Shown piece after piece: positions 23,595 through 38,751 of a stretch of 64,000 nt of DNA. This DNA comes from Octopus vulgaris. Lineage: Eukaryota. The notes below the pieces were generated by a model. That model worked only from the letters and a program-made list of their open reading frames with translations. It made no database searches and was not told the origin of the DNA. The stretch is from positions 36,022,001-36,086,000 of the forward strand of contig OX597814.1 in the NCBI GenBank assembly GCA_951406725.2, in the 5' to 3' direction. The stretch's first letter is position 1, and each line of letters starts with the position of its first letter. The translations under genes and the position numbers were made by a program.

Positions 23595-24475
23595 CAGGAC
23601 TGGTGTCACAAACAATTTATTTCAATTTCAAACAATAATATTCATGGTTTCCCCTTCAAAGTAACCCCGCTCAAGTCTAATGCACTGTCCTGTCTTTCCC
23701 TACATACTTCTATGTACTGTTGGAAGGATGCAACTGGGATGCCCCTAATCCCTGTCGTTATGGCCCTCTTGATGGCTTCCATGCCTTTAAAACGGGTTCC
23801 CTTGATGAACCCCTTGAGCTTAAGGAAAATTGCAGAGAGAAAGATCAGGTGAATAGGGAGGTTGTTCCAGTATGGTAATATTCTTCTTTGCCAGGAACTG
23901 CTGGTTGCTCAGGGTGTTGTGAGCAGGTGCATTGTCATGGTGAAGCAGTCGTGATTAGCCGAACTCTTGTCTCTTCTTGCACACTGAGCAAAGCAAATGC
24001 TGTAGGTTCTCTTTGTAGACTTGCTGACTGCCCACTTGACTTTCATCTCAGTCCTGCATGTTAAAGACCTCCCATTCCTGGAGTCAACTTCTACCTACTC
24101 ACGCCCCATTTTGAACATCTTGTGCCACTCAAAAACTGGTGTGTCCAACATGGTGTTATCTCCACACACTTGCTGAAGCATTTCAAGTGCTTGCGACAGA
24201 ATTTTCCTCAACTGGACTCAAAATTTTAGGTTTATTCCTTGCCCAGTGTTCATTGTGCATTCCTCAGTGCTCATAGCTGAATGACCTGAAAAAGAGGAGA
24301 AAAGAGGAGGTGTAAACAAAAGCCTGTGAAAAGATATGTAATGGGTGCAGAAAGCTAAGTTTACAATTATATACTCTCAAGATATCATGTTAGATGAAAA
24401 CACAATCTGCTTATCCCTGTTTTGCCCATAGCTCACACGGCACACCCAGTCCTGATACTTTCCAGACAAATCTCA
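23595..24475 (-). mobile_element. internally deleted mariner element
   Basis: LLHHDNAPAH..QFLAKKNITILEQPPYSPDL transposase motifs; TIR remnants CAGGACTGGTG at 23595 and CACCCAGTCCTG at 24443. Confidence 0.85.
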
Positions 24476-26029
24476 TATATATACATAGTGTGATATTTCT
24501 TTTATAGAAAACTATTAGCTAATAAATGAATGTAAGAAATTTTAGACATAATAAATTGCACTGGAATGATTTGTCAGTAAACATGACCTTAACCGGTTTT
24601 TAAAACAGGTAAAAAATTTCATTCACTGTGTTGTCTCTCACAAAGTAGTCATGAATGTATACATATAAAGAGATCGTTGAGATAAAAACATATATATTGA
24701 TTAATGATCCACTTCTTTGCAGTTAATAGATAAATGAAATTATAGATGACTTTAAATTACAAACGTTTGCTACACCAAAATATAAATGAGACTCATTTAT
24801 ATTTCATTTTCTGTACTTATATAAAAAAAAAAGGAACTGCTGAAGATAAAAACTAACTATATAAAGAACCTATTTTAACTTCTCTCTTCAGGTGAGAGAA
24901 AAGCTGACCAGATCAATATAATACTTCACAATAAACAGCTGTGTTAGTAGTTTGTATGCTCTTATTCATGACTGGACTATGTCTGTAGCTAAAACACATG
25001 ACGTTCTGTTGATGAGTTCAGTTTAAGTTCACCTTGGTGTAAATAAGTTGTTGTTTGTCTCCAAAATCATTCTCGATTAAGCAACTCCTTGGTTTAAAGC
25101 ATTCCAGTTAAGGATATCTTTTTTGTCTTGATTTGAGGTATGTGTATCTAAAACTACATTATACAATGTGCTCTCTTTTTTTCTTAAAATGATGCAGTGT
25201 ACTTTTAAAGGAAATGTTATCAACCCTTTGAAGTAGTGGCAGCACTGTAAAAATGACAAGTGTTTCTTTAGCAAGCAATGCTAATTTTAAATCCTTCATT
25301 GGGCCAAGAGAATACCTACCTACATGTATCTAGTGGCAGTTAAGCGTCTCATGAAGGTTATATAACCAACAATTTTCACCTGTTTTGGCATAAAATATCT
25401 TAGATTTTGAAATAACATTTTGAAACCAAGTTATGCCCCATTTCTTCATGAAAGTATAGTTGAACAAAGGAATATTATGATATGAAATTAAGAATAGATA
25501 TCTTCATGCAGCCCTTGGATGAGTAGAATTCTTAAAATTTTATGAGTTTATTAGCATGTCATATGTAGTCTCTCTCTCTCTCTCTCTCTTTATAGTTTTA
25601 CATGATTTAATACCATTTTTTCAGTAAAAACTTACTATTTATGAGATTCTAGCAAAGTGGGTTACTGAAATCCAGACTACAAAGTTCTTGAATAGTTACT
25701 ACAAGACATCCCATCGAATGCTCTAGCAAATCCACTAATCTACCATTTTGAACTGATAATCTATGTATCGACACCAAAATGATGAAAGTATAGCTTGAAC
25801 ACTTGATTCTTTCAAAATAATATTTGGTATTATAATAACAGCAAATGTTAAGCTGCTAATGCATGCAAGTAAATGTACCTTCCAATATTCCAGTCAAGCG
25901 TATCATCAGGCATCTATGACAAAATGCCAGCCAACTTCAATGACCTATTTTTGCACTAAAATGCAAAACAGAACATTCTGAAATATTCATAGCTTTTCTT
26001 ATAAATAAGATTGGATTCAATGCACTCAC

Positions 26030-26098
26030 CGGGGTCTCACCCACGAGTTCTACCTTGTGCAGGTTATTAAATGTCATTCTTCGTTTTCTCTCTTGCAT
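26030..26098 (-). CDS. candidate first coding exon of a host gene
   Basis: Non-repetitive, locally GC-richer island; ATG at 26098 gives MQERKRRMTFNNLHKVELVGETP, ending exactly at a consensus donor CCG|GTGAGT (phase 0). No homology recognised. Confidence 0.4.
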
Positions 26099-26244
26099 TC
26101 AGATTTATTGTCATGATAATTCTCCTTCTTGAATACTTGGGAAAATTTTAATATTTTATAAATACACAGTTCTTATATATCCCTCATATATATATACATA
26201 TATATATTCAAATACACAAGAGAGATAAGAATATATTATGTATG

Positions 26245-26389
<145 letters not shown>

Positions 26390-26769
26390 TATGTATAACA
26401 TATTCCTCTTTTCCTTGCAGTTTATATTCATTTAGGCTAACATTTTATTTGTCTTATTTTAATAGTTTTCCAATATTCAAGTAAGTAGAATAAGTATATA
26501 TCTCCTATTTTTTTACACCTTTTAATACAACCTTTCCAAATCACTTGAATTCTCCTTGCTACAATGTTTAGCTCATTATAATTTCAATTTTTTTGTTAAA
26601 TCTAGCATTTTGTGAACAAAAGCATCATTTGTCAAAATCCATTGAAATTCTGACTGTGAGAGTGACAAGGGACTATTTATGTAACATAGGTAGAATAAAT
26701 ATCTCAAGGTAATTATTTTAATGCAACAGCTTATCAGCAATTTTCTGGACAATAAATATATCATTCTTA

Positions 26770-27180
26770 GGTGGCAAGCTGGCAGAAACGTTAGCCTGCT
26801 GTAGGAATGCCTAGTGGTATTTCGTCTGCCGCAATGTTCTGAGTTCAAATTCCGCCGAGGTTGACTTTGCCTTTCATCCTTTCGGGGTCGATAAATTAAG
26901 TACCAGTTACGCACTGGGGTCAATGTAATCAACTTGATACCTTTGTCTGTCCTTGTTTGTCCCCTCTATGTTTAGCCCCTTGTGGGTAATAAAGAAATAG
27001 GTATTTCGTTTGCTGTTACATTCTGAGTTCAAATTCCTCTGAAGTTGACTTTGTCTTTCATCCTTTCAGAGTTGGTTAAATAAGCACCAGTTACACACTG
27101 GGGTTGATCTAATCAACTTAATCCCTTTGTCACTCCTTGTTTGTCCCCTCTATGTTTAGACCCCTGTGAGCAATAAATAA
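26770..27180 (+). mobile_element. tRNA-derived SINE with Meta/MESC-like central domain, tandemly duplicated body
   Basis: GAGTTCAAATTCCGCCGAGGTTGACTTTGCCTTTCATCCTTTCGGGGTCGATAAATTAAGTACCAG; body repeated from ~27000. Confidence 0.85.
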
Positions 27181-28257
27181 ATATATCATTCTCATACACA
27201 CACATGTGCACATGCATGCACACATGTGCACACACACACACGCAATGCTTTGGTTGCAGGCACCTACCAAGGCATTACACAAAAGCATCAAACCTAAAAA
27301 TCACACAGTCTCTAAGCTCTTAACCATGCAGTAATACATACGTCTGACAATTTTAGCATAATATTAACATCAACAATGTAAGGTTAGGTAATTGTCTTTG
27401 GATCATTGAAAGATTTTGAATGTGCCAATACATTGCTTCATAATTATGTAGTTCCTTTTCCATGTGCATTTATAGAACTTTTAACCACATAATATCACTT
27501 TACAACTGACTTGAACGAGGTCATTAGGAGCAAATAGTTTTTATCATGGAAACAGATTAAAGCTAGTTACAAGACATAAACTAAAGATTATTTAACCCTC
27601 AGATGACTGGCAGGGCTTTTTTTTTAAATAGATTTATGAGAACACTTCAAAAGCAGTAGCATCAAGATCAAATCTTTTCTAGGCTGGTATACAAACAAAA
27701 ATATGTAAAACTACAATAGATAAATAGTAATAAAGTTATTTGAAGCATTTTCCTCCAAATATTACATATTTTGAGGTTTAGTTTTGATTTATCCGAAAAA
27801 TGAATTTTATGAAATATTTTAGTGTTATTTGAAGACAGATTGAAGACTTTCTTGACTTTCATGGTAAAGCTTACTCAATTTTGGTAAGAATTTACTAGCT
27901 AAGGGATATTTTTCATTAGTTGTGATAGATTTTAGGATTTGATGCACTGTTATAGGGGAGATAAAAACTCCCAAGAAAAAAAAAACAACAAAACAGTCAA
28001 ATTTTCTTACAGAATGTGCATAGAAAAATCTTAGATTTCTGTGTGTATATTGAATCACACATTAACAGTTCTAAGGATTCCTGCAAAGAAACCTTCATTT
28101 TTTAAAAGTTTATCTAGAAAATTTTTCCTTCATACAAAAGTGATCATCTTGAGATAGAGGCATCGAATTGAATAAGTCATATAATTCTTTTCATAGAATA
28201 ATTATCTTTTGATGAAAAATATCTTGTAAACAAATATACCATGAAATTTTAGAGGAA

Positions 28258-30400
28258 GATCATCATCATCGATATCATTGTTTAATATCTGCTTTCCATA
28301 CTGGCATGGGTTTGACTGAGAACTGGCAAGCCAGGAGGTTGTACCAGGCTCTAATCTGATCTGGCAAGGTTTCTACAGCTGGATGCTCTTCTTAACGCCA
28401 ACCACTCTTAGAGTGTAGTGGGTGTTTTTTACATGCCACCAGCATGGGTGCCAGTCAGGCAGCACTGGCATGGGCCTCACTCAAATGATGCCTTTTACGT
28501 AGCACTGGCATGGGTGCCAGTCATGTGGCACTAGCATTGGCCATGACTATGATTTCACTTGAATCAACAGGTCTTCTGAAGCACAGCATATTGTCTGATG
28601 ATTGAAGATTACTTTTAAACTGGCCAGTTATGCGACCCTGGTATCGGTCACATCTACGATTTCACTTGGCCAGCCAGGTCTTCTCAAGCACAGCATATTT
28701 CCAAAGGTCTTGGTTCCTTGTCATTGCTTCTGTGAGGCCCAACATTTGAAGGTCGTGCTTCACCACCTTGTCCCATAGCTTCCTGGGTTGACCTCTTCCA
28801 CAGATTCCCTCCACTGTTAGGGTGTGACACTTCTTTACACAACTGTCCTGATCCATATGCAACACATGACCATACTAGGACAGTCATCTCTCTTGCACCC
28901 CACATCTGATGCTTCATATGTCCAATTTCTCTCTCAGGGCACTTACACTGTTTTGTGTATGCACACTGACATTACACATCCAGCAGAGCATACTAGCTTC
29001 ATTTCTTTCAAGTCTACACATGTCCTCTGCAGTCACAGTGCATGTTTTACTGTTGTGTAGCATGGCTGTTCACACACATGCATCATGAAGTCTACCTTTC
29101 ACTCTGAGTGAGTGTTACCAGCAGAGGTAGGAGCTCTCTGAATGTTGCCCAGGCTATTTTTATTCTAGCAGCTATGTTCTCAGGGCATCCAACCCTGTTA
29201 CTAACTTAGTCACCTAGGTAATGGAAGCTAGCAACAACTTCTAGTTTTTTCCCCTGGCATGTGATGGAATCTGTTTTCTGTACATCTTCGGTGTTTATTA
29301 CCCCCCTGTGCATCTATCATACACAAAATCTATCTTAACAAACAAAACTATCTTTGATATTGCTGCACCTCTTAAATGTCCATAGTTTACACAGAGTACA
29401 TCTTATGGAGTTTCTGTCTATGCCTTTGCTACAGATTGAGCAGGGCCATGTACCTGAAGGGATTTGTGATTTGTCTGCCTTCCTACTTACTAAGACTTTG
29501 GTTTTTGCTAGATTGACTCTAAGGCTCTTTGATTCTAAACCTTGCTTCCACACCTAAAACTTCTTCTCTAGTTCTGATAGTGACTCAGCATAGAGTAGTT
29601 CCCAAGGGCAGCCTGTCTTGAATTCCTCTGTTATTTTCCTGGAGGACTATGATGAACAAGAGGGGGGTGAGGACTAATCCTTGGTGAACCCCAACTTCTA
29701 CCCTGAATTCTTTGCTGTACTCATTGTCAACCCTCACCTTACTGGTAGCATCCCTGCACATGGCTTGTACAGCTCTCACCAACCACTTGTCTATCCCTAG
29801 TTTCTGCATTGACCACCAGATAAGGGATCAGGGGGACCATGTTAAAGGCTTTCTCCAAGTCAATGAAAGCTACGTACAGAGGCTTATCTTTGGCTAGGTA
29901 TTTCTCCTGCAGCTGCCTAACTGGAAATATAACATTAGTAGTACTTCTTCCTGGCACAAAACCAAACTGCATCTCGTCTAAACTAATTCACTCCCCAATT
30001 AGTTGGTCTATGACCCTCTCCGTAACTTTCATTACCTGATCCAACAACTTAATACCTCTGTAATTATTCCTATCTAATGCATCATTTGTAACAGTTGACT
30101 ATGGTGCTGCTACACCAGTCATTGGGTATGACTCCTTCATGTATCAACTGGTTAACTATACGGGTGACTAGACTATAGCCTATGCCACTAGATATTTTAA
30201 GCATCTCAGCAGTGATTTCTGATGGGCTAGTGTCTTTCCCTGTCTTCATACCCTTAATTGGTTTATCTACCAAGGTACTGTCAATTCAAATAGCTGGTCA
30301 CTCTGTTGGGTTGACATTCAGCAGACTCTCTTTCTTACATTCATTCACTTCATATAGTTACCTTTCATAATGGTATCACCAAGTCGCTCTCTTGTAGCAT
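28258..30400 (-). mobile_element. second 5'-truncated, decayed RTE LINE
   Basis: MKTGKDTSPSEITAEML, MQFGFVPGRSTT, AFIDLEKAFN, GVHQGLVLTPLLF, GRGQPRKLW; same 3' UTR as the 7572 copy. Confidence 0.92.
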
Positions 30401-31064
30401 CCTGAATATTTCAATAATTTTCTATTTTAAACCAGTGATTTGATAGAGTCAGATAGAAAGCCTTGTTAAATTTGTTCCAGCTCCCTGCATTCTTAGTTGA
30501 AATCCTATGAAATTCAGCCTTCTGTTGCATCATTTTTAGGTTGATAAAAGTCCAGTCTAGGATAGTTGATTATTGTTAAAGCAACTGATGTGATAATATG
30601 CAATATCTATTTTGTTTCAGTCATTGGATGGGGCACCACCTTGAAGAGTTTAGTTCAATAAACTCTTCTGCCAAACTACTAGGATATGAGGATGTAAACA
30701 AACCAACACAGGCTGTTAAACACAAAGACACAAACACACACAAACATATATGCATACACTCACACAAATACAACAGGTTTCTACACAGTTTCTGTCCATC
30801 AAATTAATTCACTAGGCATTGGTTGGCCTGGCACTATTGAGGAAAACACCTGCCCAAGGTGCCTTACAATAGAAATGAACCCCCAATCCATGTGGTAGCA
30901 AGTGGGTCTTTATATTCTCAGTACAAATTTCACTGAATGACTTGAGTCCTACTGATTGCTAGAGCTAATCACTCAAACACAAGGCTAGAAAGGATTATGA
31001 AATCTGCAACAGGTAGAGGAGGATGTGACTATCTGTTCACTATTGTTGTAATTCAATGATGATA

Positions 31065-31500
31065 ACAATCTTTTCTAGTCTAGGCACAAGGCCTAAAATT
31101 TTTGGTGAGGGGACAGTCGATTAGATTGACCCCAGTTCACAACTGGTACTTAATTTATCACCCCAAAAGGATGAAAGGCAAAGCTGACCTCGGTGGAATT
31201 TGAACTTAGAACGTAAAGACAGACAAAATACTGCTAAGCATTTTGCCCAGTGTGCTAACGTTTCTTATTTCTTTATTGCCCACAAGGGGCTACACACAGA
31301 GGGGACAAACAAGGACAGACAAACGGATTAAGTTGATTATATCGACCCCCGTGTGTAACTGGTACTTATTTAATCGACCCTGAAAAGATGAATGGTAAAG
31401 TTTACCTCTCCGGAATTTGAACTCAGAATGTAGCGGCAGACGAAATACTGCTTAGCAGTTCGCCTGGCGTGCTAACGTTTCTGCCAGCTTGCAGCCTTTG
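31065..31500 (-). mobile_element. Meta/MESC-domain SINE, tandemly duplicated
   Basis: Reverse complement of the 26770 family. Confidence 0.85.
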
Positions 31501-31582
31501 AATGATGATAATAATGATGAATAAATGTTATTTTGCAGCTATAAGCGCTGGAATAGCTGTGTAACTGAAGAGTTTCATTTAA

Positions 31583-31802
31583 TCCTTTAGCATTCACATT
31601 ATTCTGTCAAATGTAAGGCTTATTTATTCAAATTATTTTGAATTAATCATGTATTATTTTGTAGCTTTGTAATATTGATGATGTGATTTTATATTTTTAG
31701 AACGACATTTTAGGGTAGGTGTGAAAGGCCAGTTTTGGCCAGTTTGAACATAAGACAAGTAGAATATTTTGGCCAGATATGGCTGGATTAAATGCTAAAG
31801 GG
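31583..31802. mobile_element. piggyBac-type MITE
   Basis: TTAA|TCCTTTAGCATT ... AATGCTAAAGGG|TTAA. Confidence 0.85.
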
Positions 31803-32969
31803 TTAAACCTATGTGATAAGGGATCAACTCCTTTGCCTGAATATTGTCAGTTGGTGTCCTCTACGATAGCTATAGGATGTCTAATAACTTGTGAGTGAAA
31901 CTTGTAGATGGAAGCTAAAGATGTCGGTTCCGTCCATCCATCCATCTATGTGTTGGGTGTGTGTATGTGAGTTTATGTGTTTGTGCACGTGAATTTGTAT
32001 TTTCCTTTATCATCCCATGTGTTTAGTGGTGCAAACAAAAGCTGCACTGTTCATATAGATAATCTCATTTGCATGCAGTTCATTGCAAAAGCTTAACCCG
32101 GACTTTTTGACATGTCTTGACATATATTGCGTGATCTTTATAATCCAATGGTTCACCATTCATACAAATATTGTCATTTGTTTTTCAGTTCTCTATAAAA
32201 CCATGTGCAGGCAATTTGTTGTTTGATAAAACTGGAGGATTATAACTGTGCAAACAAATGAGGTTTGGCATCAGCAAGGGTATCTCTCTGTACAAATCTC
32301 TGCTGTAATATAGTCTCATCTGACCCACGGAAGCATATGAAAGAAGATTTTAAAATGATGATGATGAGGAGGCGGAGGTTATAAACATGTTTAAATTACT
32401 GCAACAGACCATGAAGCAATGCTTTATTCTATCAAAGCTTAGTCTCTTACAATTCTGTTTTGAACTGAGATCAATATTCTCTTCAATCTCTTTGAAAGTA
32501 TCAATAAATTAAGTAGCAATCATAATCCATGTGTACCCTAGTTTTTCAAATAGGTGTGTCATATACCTACATGTTGTAAAAGGTGACTAAATGAACAGGC
32601 ATCAGGAAAGACACCAAATTATAAAACGTAACCTCTAAAATTCCTATCCAACCATGCCAACATAGAAAAGCAGATATAGATGTGATGATAAAGAATTGAT
32701 TGATTATATTTTCTCTTGTATGAAAGTAGATACTATAATCAATTCACTCTACACCTATATATTATTGTTGTTGTTAAGCAAATAAGATGGGTAAGGGTGA
32801 TTAAGTGATGTTCTAGGGCTTAGGAGTGGGAGACCCCAGACCTTGGAAAAAAAGAAACTTTGGTTGTCTTGTTGTAGTCGGGGGTTCTTCATTGACGCCC
32901 GACACCTCTGGGAGATGGCCCTCGAAGTTGCTGGAAATGGAGATCTTCAGGGCCCAAATTCTTGGACGG

Positions 32970-33622
32970 CACACCTATATATTGAAGTTGTTGACTGCTT
33001 CTCTTATCTTGGCAGTGTGATTCATAGCAGCCTTAACTGTGAGTCCAAAGTTTCAAAAAGACTTGGATGTGCTGGTGCAGTTGTGGATTCACTGGATACA
33101 GGTGCTTAGAACCTTCAATATTTGAGCAGGAAGACAAAGGTTTGTGTCTTCAGGTCTCTGAACCACCCTGTCTTACTCTATAGTTATAAGAATTGGATGT
33201 TCTCTGGGGCCCTTAGGAGCCACCTCAGATTCTTTGGTACCAGGACACTTTGCAAGATTATGAGTAGCCATTGGTTCGATGTTATATCTAATCAAAATGA
33301 CTATATACCAAAACTGTGATGTGTCCTGTTACTTGTACAGTCTAGTAGTATCAGCTCAGACTGTTTGGCCATGTTGCTCAATTTTCTGAGTTAGATCTTG
33401 CTTACCATGTTCTCATCTCTGAGAATCCAGCTGGGGCAACATCTCATACTGGTTGCCAACATCTCACATGGTTACAGTAGATGAAGAGATACCTTGCAGA
33501 GATGTGGACTGATTGGGACACTATTTGGAAGGTTGTCCAGGATGACCTGAGTAAATACTAACAAATGATGGATGTTGTGATGTACTGCAATGGTGTATGC
33601 ACCACGCCCCATACCTGACCTA
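32970..33622 (+). mobile_element. old RTE LINE 3' fragment (different subfamily)
   Basis: IEVVDCFSYLGSVIHSS..KVSKRLG, LSRKTKVCVFRSL..PVLLYS; terminus CCCCATACCTGACCT. Confidence 0.75.
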
Positions 33623-34090
33623 AACTCCTCTTTTGAGAGCTACAGCTGAATAAATAGACTGAGTTTGTTCATTTGTAGATTAGTACTGTTGTTCTGTTGT
33701 GACTAAAGTAAAGATGTCTCACCATTCTGGTAAGTTCACTGGGGAACAAGGTAAGTTCACCATAAGGAAAGTTCACTGAAAGGAAAATTTATGGAGAGAT
33801 AGTTTCACAATAAAAGAATAAAAAACACCTTATTTCCAAACACTAGAGTACACAGTGAACTTTCTTCATGGCGAATTGATGGTGGTGAACTCTCATGTGA
33901 TGAATTGATGGTGGTGTAACTTACCTGTAAACCCATCTCACAATAAAATTTCGACATCAATAAAGCTGTTGATAGGTATTACAAAATACTGGCAATTCTC
34001 AATGTAAGCAAAAAGAACTGTCATTTTAATATTGTCAAATATTTTATTAGCTTACAACACTGAGCTCAACTACTCCTATAGGCATTGGTT

Positions 34091-34126
<36 letters not shown>

Positions 34127-34146
34127 ACTCAGTCAGAGCAACTTAC

Positions 34147-34252
34147 CTTAGATAATCAAGAAAAATAAATTTCAGTTGTTGCTTGCTGACCTGATGGTTG
34201 ATAGAATACACCAAAGTCTCCTTTGCATTGTTTACCAAAATGGTTCTTGTGT
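34147..34252 (-). other. possible internal exon of a host transcript
   Basis: Consensus donor AAG|GTAAGT at 34146 and T-rich acceptor TTTTATTTTGCAAG; one open frame (TRTILVNNAKETLVYSINHQVSKQQLKFIFLDYL). Confidence 0.22.
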
Positions 34253-36193
34253 CTTGCAAAATAAAATAGCTATTTCATAATCCTTGATCTTTTGTTTTTA
34301 GTTTTCTTTATTCTAGAACAATTTTATAGAACATAAATTCTAAATGTGTGTCTTATGTGTGTATATGTATACATGTAATATACATATATATATATATGTA
34401 TGTACACACACACACACATCTATATATATATTTATATAATTATAATAATAATATTAGGGAGTATATCCAAACTTACAGGGAAAAATTAGATTTGAGTTGC
34501 CTAATAGTGGTTTTATCTCTAATTTAATTTATATATATATATATGTATGTATCTCTCTCTCTCTCTCTCTCTCACTCTCTCCTATTTTTCTCTCTCTCTC
34601 TCTCTCTCTATACTCTCTCTCTCTATATATAGATATATATATATATTTATATACGTAAATTTGTTAACGAATTTTCCATGCTGACGATACGTGAATTTGC
34701 TACCCAGGTTTCGGTTTAAACGAATTTTCCATGCTGACGATAAACATAGGATAATTCATTCACCTACTTAAATATATTTATATTATATATGTATATAATT
34801 GATATATGATCATTTTCATCATCATTGTTACACCCATGAGTTGCACAAGATTTATAGAAACAGCAATCCACAGCCAGATGTTAATAATGTTACCAAATTG
34901 TTCTTGTCTTATCAAACTAAAAACAAACAGTTTTTAGTTCAGTGCTAGCTTCAGAAGTTAAAGAGGCTACCTGAATGTATTGAAATTTCTCTGGCAATGT
35001 GATACTTAACACAAGGAGAAACAAATAAATTTAATAAATTTTGCAGGAACAGAAAGCAAAACATCAGTAAAGAAGTTTAGAGAATAATTAATTGAATTGC
35101 TGTTACTTTTTTCATTATTTAGAAATATAAAATATAAGCATGACATATATAGGTATAGTCATAGCTGTTTAAGATATTCACTTTGCTGCCATGTGGTTTA
35201 GGGTTCAGTTCTAATGCATAACTCCTTGGGCAAGTGTTTTCTATTATATCACTGGGATCGATATAGAATTGCGAGTGAATTTGGTAGATGGAAACTGTAT
35301 AATGCTGATCATTATATATGTGTTTATGTGTGTGAGTGTATAAGTGTGTGTGTTTGTGTGTATGTATGTGTATGTGTTTGTGTGTATTGTATTTCCTGTG
35401 TGTACAAATCGTTGTATGACTGCACTTATGAAGATGAGAGTGCCACATAGATTATCATAACCAAACATTCATCAAATTCCAGGTTAAATAACAACTATAC
35501 TTAGTAGTATTACTAGTTATGTAATACAGGGAAAATGTAGGAGAAATTACCATAAATAAGTTTATATGATTAGTTCCTATGTACATATCACCATTATGAT
35601 TGCTTGTAACCCTGCATTGGATCTTCCAAGCGCAATTGGATGCTTAATGAGAATGGATAATCAGGGAACACTTTATTGCATTAAGTTACAGAGAACTGAT
35701 GTTGAGAATTGAGTAGATGGTGAGGTATTTTATAAATATTTTGGGAGGAAAATAGAAAGAAAGCAACTGACAGGGAAAGAAAATGAGAGACTAAGAAACA
35801 AGAGTAAGGGAGAGAGAAAGAGTAGCGGAGAAGACAAACAGAGGATAAGGAGAGAAACAGAAGAGATAAAGAAAAAAACAGAAAGAAATGGAGAGAAAAC
35901 AAGAAGTGGGAAAAAGAAAAAAGAAAGAAAAGAGCAAGTACATTGGACAACCATAAAAGGGATAAACAGAAACATTAAAATATGTAACAACACGATGAGG
36001 GACAAAGAAAGAGGAAGAGAGACAGACAACAATACGTGAGAGGGAAGCAAGAGATTATAAAATGAGGAGTCAGTTAATTGTAAGTCAGTAATATACTGAT
36101 TGACATCAAAAACGACTGGAAAATGAATGTTAACAAACACATATGCATAAATATGAGTAGGTTATGATCTCAGACATGATAAGTGTCCAAAGG

Positions 36194-36194
<1 letters not shown>

Positions 36195-36233
<39 letters not shown>

Positions 36234-36535
36234 TAACGTCTGTTTTCCATGCTTGCATGGGTTGGACGGTTTGATTGGGATCTGAGAAGCCAGGAGTTGC
36301 ACCAGGCTCCAGTCTAATCTGGCAATGTTTCTACAGCTGGATGCCCTTCCTAATGCCAACCACTCCATGAGTGTAGTGGGTGCTTTTTACATACCACCAG
36401 CACAGGGGCAAGGGTAGGCTGGCAAACAGCCACGATCGGCAGGTGCTTTTTACATGTCACCGACACGGACGCCAGTCAGATGGCACTAGCATCTGCCACG
36501 TCTGGACGGTGCTTTTTATGTGTCACCGACACGGG
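36195..36535 (-). mobile_element. RTE LINE 3'-UTR fragment with (CAT)n tail
   Basis: Matches 7572-7800. Confidence 0.85.
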
Positions 36536-36689
36536 GTCATTTTGTAAAATTTAAGAAAGCTGGTTATAAGTGAAAATGGTAAGAGTTAGCAATAAGAAAA
36601 TGGTAAAAGATAGCGATAAGAAGAGAATCTGGATGTGAAAAATGTAGCTCAATAATTTGCATGTCTAACCCATGCTAGTAAAACCAAAC

Positions 36690-37230
36690 TTAGATAGATA
36701 TAACAAAATATTCAGCAAGAATACAGTTAAAGCTAGTTATAGCTGATATATAGAGTTACAGATATGGAACCATAACAAAGAAACTGCATGAACTAACAAT
36801 TTAAATGTAATCTAACTAAGAACAGGTCACAATGTCCAATGGGAAAATGCCTTTCTAAAGGGCATGTATATAAAGTAAATGTTCACAACAGTGGAGTGAT
36901 CGAAAATATCATATATCAGGCTTACATAAAACACTTTTAAGACTCACTTCATGCAATAACATTACACAATATGAAACAGAAATATGAGGAATTCTACATC
37001 ACTATCAAAATATATCTGGACTTGAAGGATAATGATATCAACAACACAATTGTTAAGGGGATTATTGTATTAAAAGCAAGAGTCTATAATGCATAGGGCA
37101 CAAAATGCCATTTGTATGTGCCAGAAAAATTGAACACTCTGGCTCTAACTAATATCCTGAATTCAAGAAAGGAAATACTTTCCCCTTGCCAGCATGCAAA
37201 AAAGTTCAACTTGTAAATATTCAAGCATAC
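36690..37230 (+). mobile_element. Penelope-like GIY-YIG endonuclease remnant
   Basis: KIFSKNTVKASYS, CPMGKCLSKGHVYK, RNSTSLSKYIWTLKDNDI, KARVYNA*GTKCHLYVPEK, ILNSRKEILSPCQHAKKFNL: typical PLE C-terminus. Confidence 0.78.
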
Positions 37231-37497
37231 TTCTCTCTCAAAGGAACTCCACCAACAAACTTAACAGTGGTAACTGAGAACATGGATTTTAACTAGAGGA
37301 GGCCCCTGTACTCAGCAACCCATCATCAGAACTTCCCATTGTAACATCTGAATCAGAACTTCCCATACTAACATCAAAACCATATGTGTGTGTATGTATC
37401 ATCATCATCACCAGATTCGCCATCTTACCAGTACTGGTTACACCATCCACCCAATGCCAGCATGGACAACAGACGTTAAATGATGATGATGATATAC

Positions 37498-37695
37498 ATT
37501 TGTCCCCCATCACCATTTGACAACCAGAGTTAGTGTATTTACTTCCCTGTAACTTAGCGATTTGGCAAAAAAGACCGATAGAATAAGCACTAGGGTGTAA
37601 AAGAATAAGTCCTGGGGTCAATTTGTTCAACTAAAACCCTTCAAGGTGGTGCTCCAGAATGGCTGCAGTCAAATGATTGAAACAAATAATAGAAT
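37498..37695 (+). mobile_element. 3' half of the composite CORE-like SINE
   Basis: Aligns with 6840-7020. Confidence 0.8.
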
Positions 37696-37929
37696 ATTTA
37701 TATATATATATACATATATATATATGTATTTATATGTGTGTGTGTGCGTGTGCATACACACACTCATAGACATGCTCACATATATAGAATATGTGTATAT
37801 ATGCATATACATGCATATATATATATATGTATATATATATACATACATATATGTGTATGTATGTATATATATATACATACATATATGTGTATGCATGTAT
37901 ATATATATACATACATATATGTGTGTATG

Positions 37930-37998
<69 letters not shown>

Positions 37999-38059
37999 TG
38001 ATTGATTGATTGATTCCAGTTTCAGCTTATGAGCTGTGGCCATGCTGGGGCACCGCCAT

Positions 38060-38650
<591 letters not shown>

Positions 38651-38751
38651 GTGGGTTTCACATACTAGTGTAGCTCATTCAACGGTGGTGCCCCAGCATG
38701 GTCACAGCCTTCGGGCTGAAGCATTTTTAAGGATTTAAGGATTTATATATA

